From positions 128,048 to 192,047 of the forward strand of contig JAIOOW010000003.1 in the NCBI GenBank assembly GCA_021414205.1: 64,000 bases of DNA, written 5' to 3'. Under the pieces are notes generated by a model. That model saw only the letters and a program-made list of their open reading frames with translations. It was not told the DNA's origin and ran no database searches. Shown here piece after piece: positions 28,922 through 38,267 of the stretch (the stretch's first letter is position 1; every line of letters starts with the position of its first letter). The stretch is from Candidatus Anderseniibacteriota bacterium. Its GTDB lineage: Bacteria; Patescibacteriota; Andersenbacteria; UBA10190. The translations under genes and the position numbers were made by a program.

Positions 28922-29446
28922 ATGGATTGGATATTCGTCAGTGCGCTGATCGGCTCGGGGCTTCTGTTGCCAACTGCATATGCGGGAATAATAGGGGCTC
29001 CATGGGCCCCTACAAGAATTGCAGTGGTAAAAAAAGCATTTGATTCTGTGGGTATTTCAGATAAAGATCTGCTTATCGATTTAGGATGCGGCGATGGCAA
29101 GATCATGCATGAAGCAAGTAGGCGAGGGGCAAGGACGATCGGGTATGAATTATCTCCAATTATGTGGGTTGTTACATGGCTGAGAACGATGATGGATAAA
29201 CGCTCTCGTGTCCGATTCGGCAACTTTTTTACAGCAAGTATTCCAAGCGATACCACGTATATTTTTATGTTCCTTATGCCAAAGCATATGCAAAAAGTTC
29301 GATCATATATTGCAAAACAGCCCATTCACGATGCAACGATGATTTTTTCGTATGCATTTCCGATTCAAGATATCCCTCCGAGGATGATTTATCGTGCGAA
29401 AAAGTGTGCGCCACTATATATGTACAGCGTGAAAGATATCCGCTAG
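28922..29446 (+). CDS. Membrane-anchored class I SAM methyltransferase
   Basis: APWAPT, DLGCGDGK, GYE. Confidence 0.85.
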   Translation: MDWIFVSALIGSGLLLPTAYAGIIGAPWAPTRIAVVKKAFDSVGISDKDLLIDLGCGDGKIMHEASRRGARTIGYELSPIMWVVTWLRTMMDKRSRVRFGNFFTASIPSDTTYIFMFLMPKHMQKVRSYIAKQPIHDATMIFSYAFPIQDIPPRMIYRAKKCAPLYMYSVKDIR

Positions 29447-29456
29447 AGTGGGCAAT

Positions 29457-30905
29457 ATGGCAAAATACTACATTACAACGCCAATCTATTATGTGAACGC
29501 AAAGCCGCATATTGGCTCTGCCTATACAAGTATTGCTGCTGATGTATTAGCTCGCTACCGGCGTCAGCTTGGTGATGACGTATTCTTTTTAATGGGTACG
29601 GCGGAGCATGGGTCTAAAATGGCGCAGAGCGCGGAAAAGGTTGGGAAAACTCCGCAGGAATTTGTGGATGAAATGTCTCAGCAATTCGAGCAAGCTTGGG
29701 AAACTTTGAATATTTCTCATGATGATTTCTTGCGAACTACGCAGCCGCGACACGAAGAAGCGGTAAAGCTCTTTTTTGAAAAACTTAAAGAATCCGGAAC
29801 TATCTATGAGGCAGATTACGAGGGGCTATATTGTGTTGGGCACGAGGCATTCATGAAAGAGGATGAGCTAACTCCTGACGGGTTGTGTCCGGACCATAAA
29901 ACGAAACCGGAGCTTGTAAAAGAAAGAAATTGGTTTTTTAAATTATCTTCGTATCAAGACAAGCTTGTCGAATTAATTACGAGTGGTGAACTTGATATTC
30001 AACCAGAGGGTAGAAAAAACGAAGTTCTAGCATTTATTCAAAGGGGATTGGAAGATATTGCAATATCTCGTCGAAATGTGAAGTGGGCAATCCCGTTGCC
30101 TTGGGATGATTCGCAGACAATTTACGTATGGCTTGATGAGCTTTTCAACTACTGTTCCGCGATTGGGTATGGGAAAGATGATGCATTGTTCAAGAAATGG
30201 TGGCCCGCAGATCTGCACTTGGTAGGGAAGGATATTATTAAGTTTCACTGCATTATTTGGCCAGCGCTTCTCTTGGCAATAGGTGAGGCAGTGCCAAAGA
30301 AGGTGTTTGCGCATGGGTTTTTCACTGTGGATGGGCAAAAAATGAGCAAAACACTTGGAAATGTGGTTGACCCAGTAGAGTTAGCACAGGAATACGGCAG
30401 CGATGTCGTTCGGTATTTCTTGCTCCGTGATTTTTCGTTTGGTAATGATGCGGATTTTTCGCACACCAGAATGAAGGAACGATATAATTCTGATTTAGCT
30501 AACGGGCTAGGGAACTTGGTTTCTCGAACACTAAATATGGTCGAGAAATATTTTGACGGTAAAGAGGTTCCGGCATCAGTAGTGCTTCCTGAAGAGGTTG
30601 TGCAATTTGCGAAAGATGCAGACGGGTTTGTAGAAGCGCTAGCATTTTCGAAAGCGCTTACAAATATGTGGAAAATGGTTGCATGGGCAGATGAATTGAT
30701 TGAGGAGTATAAACCATGGGAGTTGGTCAAAAAAGGAGAAGTTGAGAAGGCGCAAGAAGTTATCGCGCAGGCCGTCTCGGTGTTGCGCCTTATCAATGAC
30801 CGAATTGCTCCATTTATGCCCCAAGCACACGAGAAATTTACTGCAATATTATCTGCAAAGCCACTGAAAAAACCATCCGAACCATTATTTGCTCGAAAAG
30901 ACTGA
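29457..30905 (+). CDS. metG: Methionine--tRNA ligase (short form)
   Basis: YYVNAKPHIG, YEGLYC, GKDI..FH, KMSKT. Confidence 0.97.
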   Translation: MAKYYITTPIYYVNAKPHIGSAYTSIAADVLARYRRQLGDDVFFLMGTAEHGSKMAQSAEKVGKTPQEFVDEMSQQFEQAWETLNISHDDFLRTTQPRHEEAVKLFFEKLKESGTIYEADYEGLYCVGHEAFMKEDELTPDGLCPDHKTKPELVKERNWFFKLSSYQDKLVELITSGELDIQPEGRKNEVLAFIQRGLEDIAISRRNVKWAIPLPWDDSQTIYVWLDELFNYCSAIGYGKDDALFKKWWPADLHLVGKDIIKFHCIIWPALLLAIGEAVPKKVFAHGFFTVDGQKMSKTLGNVVDPVELAQEYGSDVVRYFLLRDFSFGNDADFSHTRMKERYNSDLANGLGNLVSRTLNMVEKYFDGKEVPASVVLPEEVVQFAKDADGFVEALAFSKALTNMWKMVAWADELIEEYKPWELVKKGEVEKAQEVIAQAVSVLRLINDRIAPFMPQAHEKFTAILSAKPLKKPSEPLFARKD

Positions 30906-30927
30906 TTTTCGCGATATACTAAAAGCT

Positions 30928-31917
30928 ATGAATATATTAGTTACAGGCGGAGCGGGGTTTATCGGCTCAAACTTTATTCGGTATTGGCTTACCGAGCATC
31001 CGCAGGATGTTATTACGAATTTGGACGCCCTTACGTACGCGGGTAATTTGGCCAGCTTAAAAGATGTAGAGGTGAATCCTAATTACGAATTCATCCAGGG
31101 GAGCATTCTTGATGCGGAGCTTGTCGGCCAATTGGTTGAAACTGCGGATAGGATTGTGCATTTTGCGGCTGAATCCCATGTGGACAGGTCAATTTTAGGT
31201 CCTGAAGCATTCGTTGAAACGAATATTAGAGGCACGTTTACATTGCTTGAAGCTGCACGCAAGAAAAAAATTCCATTTCACCATATTTCAACAGATGAAG
31301 TATTTGGATCGTTGGAATTAGGCAGTTCTGCAAAGTTCACAGAGCATACACCGTATCAGCCAAATAGTCCGTATTCTGCATCAAAGGCAGGGTCGGATCA
31401 CTTAGTTCGCGCATATCACGAAACGTATGGCCTGCCAGTTACAATTACGAATTGTTCGAATAACTTTGGGCCCTATCAGCATCCGGAAAAATTTATTCCT
31501 CGCATGATCACGGATCTTATCGATGGGGGCACCGTGAAAATCTACGGCGATGGATTGTATGTTCGCGATTGGCTGTATGTGCAAGATCACTGTCGGGCAA
31601 TCGACGCCGTGCTTACAAACGGCAAGAATGGCGAAACGTATTTAGTGGGCGGTATGTCACAAGATATTTCAAATAAAGATATTGCACTGAAAGTTCTTGA
31701 AATCATGGGTATGTCAGAAGATAAAATTACGTACGTCGCAGATCGCCCAGGGCATGATAGGAGATATGCGGTGGATTGGACGAAGATTCACGATGAATTA
31801 GGATGGCAGCCAGAGCACAGTTTCGAAGAATGGCTCAAAGAAACGGTTGAGTGGTATAAGAATAACCAGTCCTGGTGGCGCCCATTAAAAGAAAAGGCAG
31901 AAAGCATCTACAAATGA
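30928..31917 (+). CDS. rfbB: dTDP-glucose 4,6-dehydratase
   Basis: GGAGFIGSNF, AAESHVDRSI, STDEV, YSASK, DRPGHDRRY. Confidence 0.96.
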   Translation: MNILVTGGAGFIGSNFIRYWLTEHPQDVITNLDALTYAGNLASLKDVEVNPNYEFIQGSILDAELVGQLVETADRIVHFAAESHVDRSILGPEAFVETNIRGTFTLLEAARKKKIPFHHISTDEVFGSLELGSSAKFTEHTPYQPNSPYSASKAGSDHLVRAYHETYGLPVTITNCSNNFGPYQHPEKFIPRMITDLIDGGTVKIYGDGLYVRDWLYVQDHCRAIDAVLTNGKNGETYLVGGMSQDISNKDIALKVLEIMGMSEDKITYVADRPGHDRRYAVDWTKIHDELGWQPEHSFEEWLKETVEWYKNNQSWWRPLKEKAESIYK

Positions 31918-32714
31918 TCGGCATATTTGATTCCGGATACGGAGGATTAACCATTCTTGATGCATGCAAAAAAGCATTACCCGAATATTCATATATATAC
32001 GTAGGTGATAATGCGCATGCGCCATATGGCCCTAAGACAGACGAGGAAATTTTTGCATTAACCAAACAGGGGGTAGAACAACTTTTTCAAAAAGGCTGTA
32101 ATCTTGTCATCCTTGCGTGCAATACGGCATCTGCCAGTGCGCTGCGACGCTTGCAGCAAGAGTGGCTTCCGAGCGCGCACCCGGATAAAAAAGTATTAGG
32201 CATTATTGTCCCGACTGCAGAGGCAGTATCGAATCACGAATATAAAACAATCGGTATTCTCGCGACCCAGCATACAGTTGCTACGGGAGTGTATGAAAAA
32301 GAAATTCAGAAGCGAAATTCGAGTATCTCTATTACGGACCAAGCATGTAATAATCTTGCAGGGATGATTGAACAATACGGGGTAGACGATGAGTGGGTGA
32401 GTTTAGAGATTGCGCAATGCGTCCATCAGCTTCTTGAAAAAACACCAAATCCTGACGCTGTGCTTTTAGGCTGCACGCATTACGAACTTATCGCAGAAAA
32501 AATTCAGCGCCTGCTTCCTGAAAAAACAGCTCTTATTCGCCAGCAGAAATTAGTTGCGCAAAGCCTAAAAAATTATCTTGAGCGTCACCCAGAATTAGAG
32601 CCGCATCTTCAAAAAACAGGAACGTGCCAGTATTTCACTACGGGTAATCCGCAAGAAGTATCTCAAAAAAGTTCATCATTAATGGGCGATGAAGTAGTAT
32701 TTCAATTACTATGA
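31914..32714 (+). CDS. murI: Glutamate racemase
   Basis: IFDSGYGG, PYG, ACNTAS, LGCTHY. Confidence 0.95.
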   Translation: MIGIFDSGYGGLTILDACKKALPEYSYIYVGDNAHAPYGPKTDEEIFALTKQGVEQLFQKGCNLVILACNTASASALRRLQQEWLPSAHPDKKVLGIIVPTAEAVSNHEYKTIGILATQHTVATGVYEKEIQKRNSSISITDQACNNLAGMIEQYGVDDEWVSLEIAQCVHQLLEKTPNPDAVLLGCTHYELIAEKIQRLLPEKTALIRQQKLVAQSLKNYLERHPELEPHLQKTGTCQYFTTGNPQEVSQKSSSLMGDEVVFQLL

Positions 32715-33250
32715 TCACACCGTGGAAATTATTAAAGAGCGAATGGGTGTTGAATGAAAAATGGTATAAGGTTCGCAAAGATACGGTAGAAGTACGACCA
32801 GGTAAAATTTTAGATGATTATTACGTTGGCGTATCGAATGACATTGTTATGGTTCTTGCGATTACTGAAGATGGAATTGTTCCGCTTGTTCGGCAATATA
32901 AACATGGGCTACAAGATATTATTACGGAATTGCCGGCTGGCATGATAGACGATGGTGAGGATCCGCTTGAGTCTGCGAAGAGGGAGTTGAGCGAAGAAAC
33001 CGGCTACGAATCAGATGGCTGGAGTAAGCTCGGGTATTTTATTAAAAGTGCGGGTAAAACAGTGGGCGGAAATATTTATTTATATCTCGCAAAAAATGCG
33101 AAGAAAACATCTGGCCAAGATTTGGACGACACTGAAGATATCGAAGTTATCGAAAAACCATTTCAAGAAGCGCTCGCCATGGCCAAGAGCGGGGAGCTGC
33201 AAGGAATTGATACCGTGCTTGCGCTTTTGCTTGCAGAAGAAAAATTATGA
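32711..33250 (+). CDS. NUDIX hydrolase (ADP-ribose pyrophosphatase-like)
   Basis: ELPAG...AKRELSEETG. Confidence 0.9.
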   Translation: MITPWKLLKSEWVLNEKWYKVRKDTVEVRPGKILDDYYVGVSNDIVMVLAITEDGIVPLVRQYKHGLQDIITELPAGMIDDGEDPLESAKRELSEETGYESDGWSKLGYFIKSAGKTVGGNIYLYLAKNAKKTSGQDLDDTEDIEVIEKPFQEALAMAKSGELQGIDTVLALLLAEEKL

Positions 33251-33378
33251 CCAAACTCTCACCGCAGATGCATGTTTGGATGTATTAGACGAGGCGGATA
33301 ATAAAGAGGTGATTTTGGGATACCTAGCTCAAAAGGGGGTATAGGGTTGCGGCGTACCGAACATTTTCCAAAATAAAA

Positions 33379-33407
33379 TTGACAAAATATGAAATACGGT
33401 ATAATAT
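33379..33407 (+). promoter_or_regulatory. Putative sigma70 promoter for the EamA cluster
   Basis: TTGACA then TATAAT (15 bp spacer) or TAATAT (17 bp spacer). Confidence 0.65.
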
Positions 33408-33443
33408 AAGGATATTAACACTTATTTGCCGTAATACAAGTCT

Positions 33444-34340
33444 ATGCAACAACAGCTTATCGTAGCAGTTTTAGCAGGGTTAGGTGGAATGATTGGATGG
33501 GGCTTGGCAGACTTTTTTGCCAAGAAAACAATTGATAAGATCGGTGATATTGCCAGTCTTGGGTGGGGGCATGTGTGCGGAACAATCGCATTTTTCTCTC
33601 TATTGGGCTATGAATTATTCAACGGTAAAACATTGCATATTGATGCAAGTCTATATGAATGGTTTGGGGTAGCATTCTTTGGTGCTCTACAGGCAACTGT
33701 TTATTTCTTCGTATATAAAAGCTTTGCAAAGGGGCAAGTAGGTGTTTTGAGTCCTATCTTCGCTTCGTTTTCTGGATTTGTAGCGCTTTTCTCGGTGATC
33801 TTATTCGGAGAAGTTGTACCTCCAATCTTTTTACTAGGATTAATACCATTATTCTTTGGAATCCTTCTCGTTAATGTCGATATTACGGCGTTAAAAGATC
33901 GAAAAATTTCATTAGTAGCTACTCCTGGATTTAAAGAAATTGCTATTGCAACTGTTTTGGCAGTGTTTTGGACATTAGGATGGCACAAGTTTGTTACGGA
34001 TAAAGATTGGATGTTATACGCAGCTTTGATGTACGCATTCATGACACTTGCAATTCTTTTATATGCAGTATCTCAAAGAATTGATATTAAAGTTCCCGAA
34101 TCTTCAATGTGGAAGTATTTAGCTGGTATCGGTATCGCTGAGGCTGTAGCGTATTTCGCAATTAGCGTTGGGTATAGCACAACCTCGTATACGAGCATTA
34201 TCGGATTATTGAGCGGAGCATTTTCCGTGCCAACTATTTTCCTCGCTCGAGCATTTCTTGGAGAAAGAATGTCAAAGGCTCAAGGTTTGGGTGTAGTATT
34301 TATATTGTTGGGGATTATTTTCGTAGCGACTCTGTCGTAA
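33444..34340 (+). CDS. EamA/DMT family transporter
   Basis: About 10 TM helices in two repeats; WGLADFFAK, LFGE, FLGER. Confidence 0.88.
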   Translation: MQQQLIVAVLAGLGGMIGWGLADFFAKKTIDKIGDIASLGWGHVCGTIAFFSLLGYELFNGKTLHIDASLYEWFGVAFFGALQATVYFFVYKSFAKGQVGVLSPIFASFSGFVALFSVILFGEVVPPIFLLGLIPLFFGILLVNVDITALKDRKISLVATPGFKEIAIATVLAVFWTLGWHKFVTDKDWMLYAALMYAFMTLAILLYAVSQRIDIKVPESSMWKYLAGIGIAEAVAYFAISVGYSTTSYTSIIGLLSGAFSVPTIFLARAFLGERMSKAQGLGVVFILLGIIFVATLS

Positions 34341-34358
34341 GGTATTCACCTCACTAGT

Positions 34359-35504
34359 ATGAACAAGAATTCACATATTGATGGCGAGCTGACACAAGAA
34401 TTTTTAGAAGGCTTGCAACACGAGACGCCGTTTTTCGTATTCTCTAAAAAACAAATCCTTGAAAACTATAAGGAGTATAAAAAACATTTTCCTCATGCGA
34501 TGATTCAGTATGCAATGAAGGCAAATTTCGAGCCGGAAATTTTGGAGGTATTAAACGAAGCGGGAATTGGGTTTGAGGTTGCGTCTGCATACGAACTTCG
34601 AATGTTGAAAGAATTAAAAGTTGATCCTAAAAAGATTGTATATGGAACGTCAGTGAAGCCAGCTTCGCACATCAAAGAATTTTTTGAATATGGTGTTGAT
34701 AGGTTTGCATTTGATACATTCGATGAATTAGCGAAGATTGCTGCGGCCGCTCCAGGAGCTCGAGTATATGCTCGTATGATTGCTAATGATGCAGGGAGCG
34801 TATTTCAGTTTTCTGAAAAATTCGGTACAGAAGTGGAAAACATAGCTCCATTGCTCGAGAGAGCGAAAGAGCTTGGCTTACAGCCGTACGGGATTAGCTT
34901 TCACGTTGGATCTCAGGCAAGTAATCCAATGGCTTGGGCAAGTGCTATTGAAAAACTTGCACCAGTATTAGAGCAGTTAAAGAAGATGGATATAGAAATT
35001 GAAATGATTAATATCGGTGGAGGATATCCTTGCGCCTATGCATCTGCTGAGAAAAATATCACTTTAGAAGAAATTGCTGAGCATACAATGAAAGCGTTCA
35101 AGAAGCTTCCATATCAGCCAAAGATAATGCTAGAGCCTGGTCGAGGCATGATTGCGAATACGGGGGTTGTGGTTGCAAGCATTATTGGGAAAGTTGAGCG
35201 TAGCGGCAATACCTGGTTATTTTTGGACGCAGGTGCATACAATGCATTGTATGAAGCAATGGTATTTCAGGGATCAACGCGCTACCACATTACAAGTATG
35301 AGACCGCTGTATAATTCGAAAGAAGTATTGTTTGCGATTGCAGGACCGACTGGCGATTCTCTCGACGTTCTTACGCGAGAAGCGCTTCTTCCGCAGGATA
35401 TTGAAGTGGGGGACAAGCTTATTATTCATGACGTTGGGGCATATAGTCTCGTTGCTTGCAATCCGTTTAACGGTTTTCCAAAGCCAAGTGTATATCTTGT
35501 TTGA
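34359..35504 (+). CDS. Fold-type III PLP decarboxylase (ornithine/lysine decarboxylase-like)
   Basis: YAMKAN, FEVAS, KFG, FHVGSQ, NIGGG, EPGR, GPTGDS, GAY, FNGF. Confidence 0.9.
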   Translation: MNKNSHIDGELTQEFLEGLQHETPFFVFSKKQILENYKEYKKHFPHAMIQYAMKANFEPEILEVLNEAGIGFEVASAYELRMLKELKVDPKKIVYGTSVKPASHIKEFFEYGVDRFAFDTFDELAKIAAAAPGARVYARMIANDAGSVFQFSEKFGTEVENIAPLLERAKELGLQPYGISFHVGSQASNPMAWASAIEKLAPVLEQLKKMDIEIEMINIGGGYPCAYASAEKNITLEEIAEHTMKAFKKLPYQPKIMLEPGRGMIANTGVVVASIIGKVERSGNTWLFLDAGAYNALYEAMVFQGSTRYHITSMRPLYNSKEVLFAIAGPTGDSLDVLTREALLPQDIEVGDKLIIHDVGAYSLVACNPFNGFPKPSVYLV

Positions 35505-35535
35505 TTCGTTTTTTTAGTTGGTGTATAATATACCC

Positions 35536-36348
35536 ATGTACTTGAATGGGTACCAAAAGATAGCCGTAATCTTTTTAGGAGTTCTCGCCATATTCTGGGC
35601 GGTGCTTTGGCTGACGAATACAACCGAAGGTTTTTATAACTACCTGTACTCATTCTTATTCGGATTAATACCATTGCTTGCTGGGGTAATCGCTATGTTT
35701 AGTGGGAAAAGCTGGGGTGGCTTTAGGACTGCGATCGGGAAAGCAGTCTTTTTTATAGGTCTCGGTATATTTTTGTGGGGTTGCGGAGAAACAATTTGGT
35801 CATATTACAATTTCTTTTTGGGAGTTGCAGCTCCATACCCATCGCTTGCTGATCTTGGATTCGCGCCAAGCGTATTCTTCTATGGCTTGGGTACATTTTA
35901 TTTATCTCAGGCTTCTGGCGCAAAGTACGGATGGAGGAGTAAGAAAGCAAAAGTATTTGCAATTATATTGCCAATCGTAATATTCGCCATTTCTTACTAT
36001 TTGCTTGTGATCGTTGCCCGAGAAGGTGTACTTGTTCCCGAAGGAGAGTCGTTGCTTAAAGCATTCTTGGATGTAGTATACCCGCTTGGGGACTTCCTAT
36101 CGGCAACCATCGCAACGATTATTACTGGGTTGTCATTCAAATACATGGGAGGATTGTATCGCAATAATATTATCGCCGTGTTATTGGGTCTGGTTGTAAT
36201 GTTTGTGGCAGACACTATCTTTTCGTATACTACTACCATAGGGACGTACTATAACGGCAATTTTGGAGATCTGGTGCTTACGATAGGTGTGTTCCTTCTG
36301 TCCTTTGGTGTATTAGGCTTCCATAAAAGCACAAGAGCAAGGCATTAA
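35536..36348 (+). CDS. Stand-alone multi-pass membrane sensor-like protein
   Basis: 7-8 hydrophobic helices; PYPSLAD and YPLGD motifs; no cytoplasmic output domain. Confidence 0.75.
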   Translation: MYLNGYQKIAVIFLGVLAIFWAVLWLTNTTEGFYNYLYSFLFGLIPLLAGVIAMFSGKSWGGFRTAIGKAVFFIGLGIFLWGCGETIWSYYNFFLGVAAPYPSLADLGFAPSVFFYGLGTFYLSQASGAKYGWRSKKAKVFAIILPIVIFAISYYLLVIVAREGVLVPEGESLLKAFLDVVYPLGDFLSATIATIITGLSFKYMGGLYRNNIIAVLLGLVVMFVADTIFSYTTTIGTYYNGNFGDLVLTIGVFLLSFGVLGFHKSTRARH

Positions 36349-36363
36349 TCACTTACATAATCT

Positions 36364-36642
36364 ATGAATCCTCTAGCACAACTCGCCGATCACATCATTA
36401 AAGAGCAAGAGCTCATCATCGGCCCTGTTGCGTGGGAAGAGGCGGAGAAGGTGACGGGACTTCGCATTAACGTGCAGAGCCACGAAGTAGATATTGAAGG
36501 TGATGCTCGCGACGTCCTTGAACGATTGGTCGCGCAGTACGAGCAGCTATTCGGAAAAGCATCACGAGAAGTATGCAGAGACGCCGTCCGCCCGTTACTT
36601 GCACAGGTTCCGGAAGCGGATGTACCCGCGGTGCTGAAGTAA
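36364..36642 (+). CDS. Small hypothetical protein upstream of the histidine kinase
   Basis: 92-aa ORF, IIKEQELIIGP...LVAQYEQLFG. Confidence 0.8.
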   Translation: MNPLAQLADHIIKEQELIIGPVAWEEAEKVTGLRINVQSHEVDIEGDARDVLERLVAQYEQLFGKASREVCRDAVRPLLAQVPEADVPAVLK

Positions 36643-36659
36643 AACGAAGAGAATAAAAC

Positions 36660-36686
36660 TATGCGGTAAAAATCCGCATATTTTTA
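36660..36686 (+). terminator. Probable intrinsic terminator
   Basis: TATGCGG...CCGCATA followed by TTTTT. Confidence 0.55.
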
Positions 36687-36722
36687 TATCAGAAAATATG
36701 CTGTTCATGCTATACTTCATAT

Positions 36723-38267
36723 ATGACCGCCGCAGCGATCCCTCCGATGTTTTTTAAAAAATCCGAACATGCTCCGAAAAAGCGGCGCGCTCGGAAGACA
36801 TTGGCGCATCACGTAAAATCTATAGGCCAAGCGCCAGCGAAGCTGCGCACGCGCGTTACGGAAGAATTGTATAAGCGAAATGCAGAGCTTGCGGTGAGGA
36901 ATAAGACGTTGGCGTTGCTGCGGAAACTGGACGGGATTTCTTTGGCTTCAGAAAAAATCGAGAGCATGGCGCAGCAAATGGTAGATGCCATTGCGGTAGG
37001 GCTGGAATATGAAATTGTGACCATTGCAATTGTGGAAGAAAAAAAGATGACATGGAAATGCATTGCAGCAGGATCGAGTCACGATAAAATGGGAGAAGCA
37101 TTTGAAAAAGTGTGCGTTGCCAGCAAAGAAGCGCCGCTTACTGCAACGCCGGAAATTGTTGCCGTCGTACAAGGTGGTAAGCAAGTGTATTCAGATTCGC
37201 TTGCTGCAGTACACCCGGAGCTATTGGTAAAAACAATTGAAGAGCTCAGTAAGACGGGGGAGTATACTCATCCTTCGTATTCGGTCGTGTTGCCGTTGCG
37301 ATTCGGGGAGCACACGCTTGGGGTGCTCACGCTCAGTTCCAGCCGTTCGTTCCAAGATGCATCGCGATACGAAGATGAATCGCTCTCTGGAATTATCGGA
37401 TTAATATCATTGGCATTGTATAAGGCGAAATTGTATGAAGATTTGCAAAGGACGTCTGCGGAACTTTTAACTGCCAATAATCAATTGAAAGATTTAGATA
37501 AGGCAAAAAGCGAATTCTTGAGCATTGCAAGTCATCAGCTGTACACGCCGCTCACTGCGCTTCGCGGATACATATCGATGATTATGGAGGGGGATTACGG
37601 GCCGATTTCCGAAGAGCAGAAGCCGATTTTAGATATTTTGAACCAGAGCGCATTGCGATTAATTGAATTAATTAAAGACTTGCTCGATATATCGCGCATT
37701 GAAAGCGGGCGATTGGAATTGCATTTGGAATCGCTGGATATTGTGGAGGTTGCAAAGAGCTTGGTTGCTGACCTATTACCCAATGCAATTAATAAAAAAT
37801 TAGATTTGGAATTTCATGAGCCTACGGAAAAAATTCCTCACGTGGTAGTAGACAGTCAGCGCATTCGACAAGTAATGTTGAATTTTATTGATAATTCCAT
37901 CAAATATACTACTCAGGGGAAAGTCGACGTATTCGTTGCCCTACAAGGTGATAAAGTCGTCTTTTCTGTGAAAGATACCGGTCGTGGGTTGGCAGCAGGG
38001 GAGGCAGAAAAGCTATTCAAGAAATTTTCTCGCGTTGGCGGTGCTGCAAAGTTTAATACACAAGGGACGGGTCTTGGGCTGTATGTTGCAAAGCAAATCG
38101 TTCACGAGCATCATGGGGAAGTGTCAGTAACGAGCCCCGGACAAGATAAAGGAAGTACGTTTTCGATGGAATTGCCTCCGGAGGGTGCTGTAGATAGCTT
38201 GAAAGTCGGGGAGGCTGCGACTGTTGTTATTAAGGCTGCTGACGCAAACGGCCAAGGAAGCGAGTGA
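36723..38267 (+). CDS. Cytoplasmic GAF-domain histidine kinase
   Basis: GAF-like segment; SHQLYTP H-box, NSIKYT, DTGRG, GTGLGL; no TM helix. Confidence 0.92.
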   Translation: MTAAAIPPMFFKKSEHAPKKRRARKTLAHHVKSIGQAPAKLRTRVTEELYKRNAELAVRNKTLALLRKLDGISLASEKIESMAQQMVDAIAVGLEYEIVTIAIVEEKKMTWKCIAAGSSHDKMGEAFEKVCVASKEAPLTATPEIVAVVQGGKQVYSDSLAAVHPELLVKTIEELSKTGEYTHPSYSVVLPLRFGEHTLGVLTLSSSRSFQDASRYEDESLSGIIGLISLALYKAKLYEDLQRTSAELLTANNQLKDLDKAKSEFLSIASHQLYTPLTALRGYISMIMEGDYGPISEEQKPILDILNQSALRLIELIKDLLDISRIESGRLELHLESLDIVEVAKSLVADLLPNAINKKLDLEFHEPTEKIPHVVVDSQRIRQVMLNFIDNSIKYTTQGKVDVFVALQGDKVVFSVKDTGRGLAAGEAEKLFKKFSRVGGAAKFNTQGTGLGLYVAKQIVHEHHGEVSVTSPGQDKGSTFSMELPPEGAVDSLKVGEAATVVIKAADANGQGSE

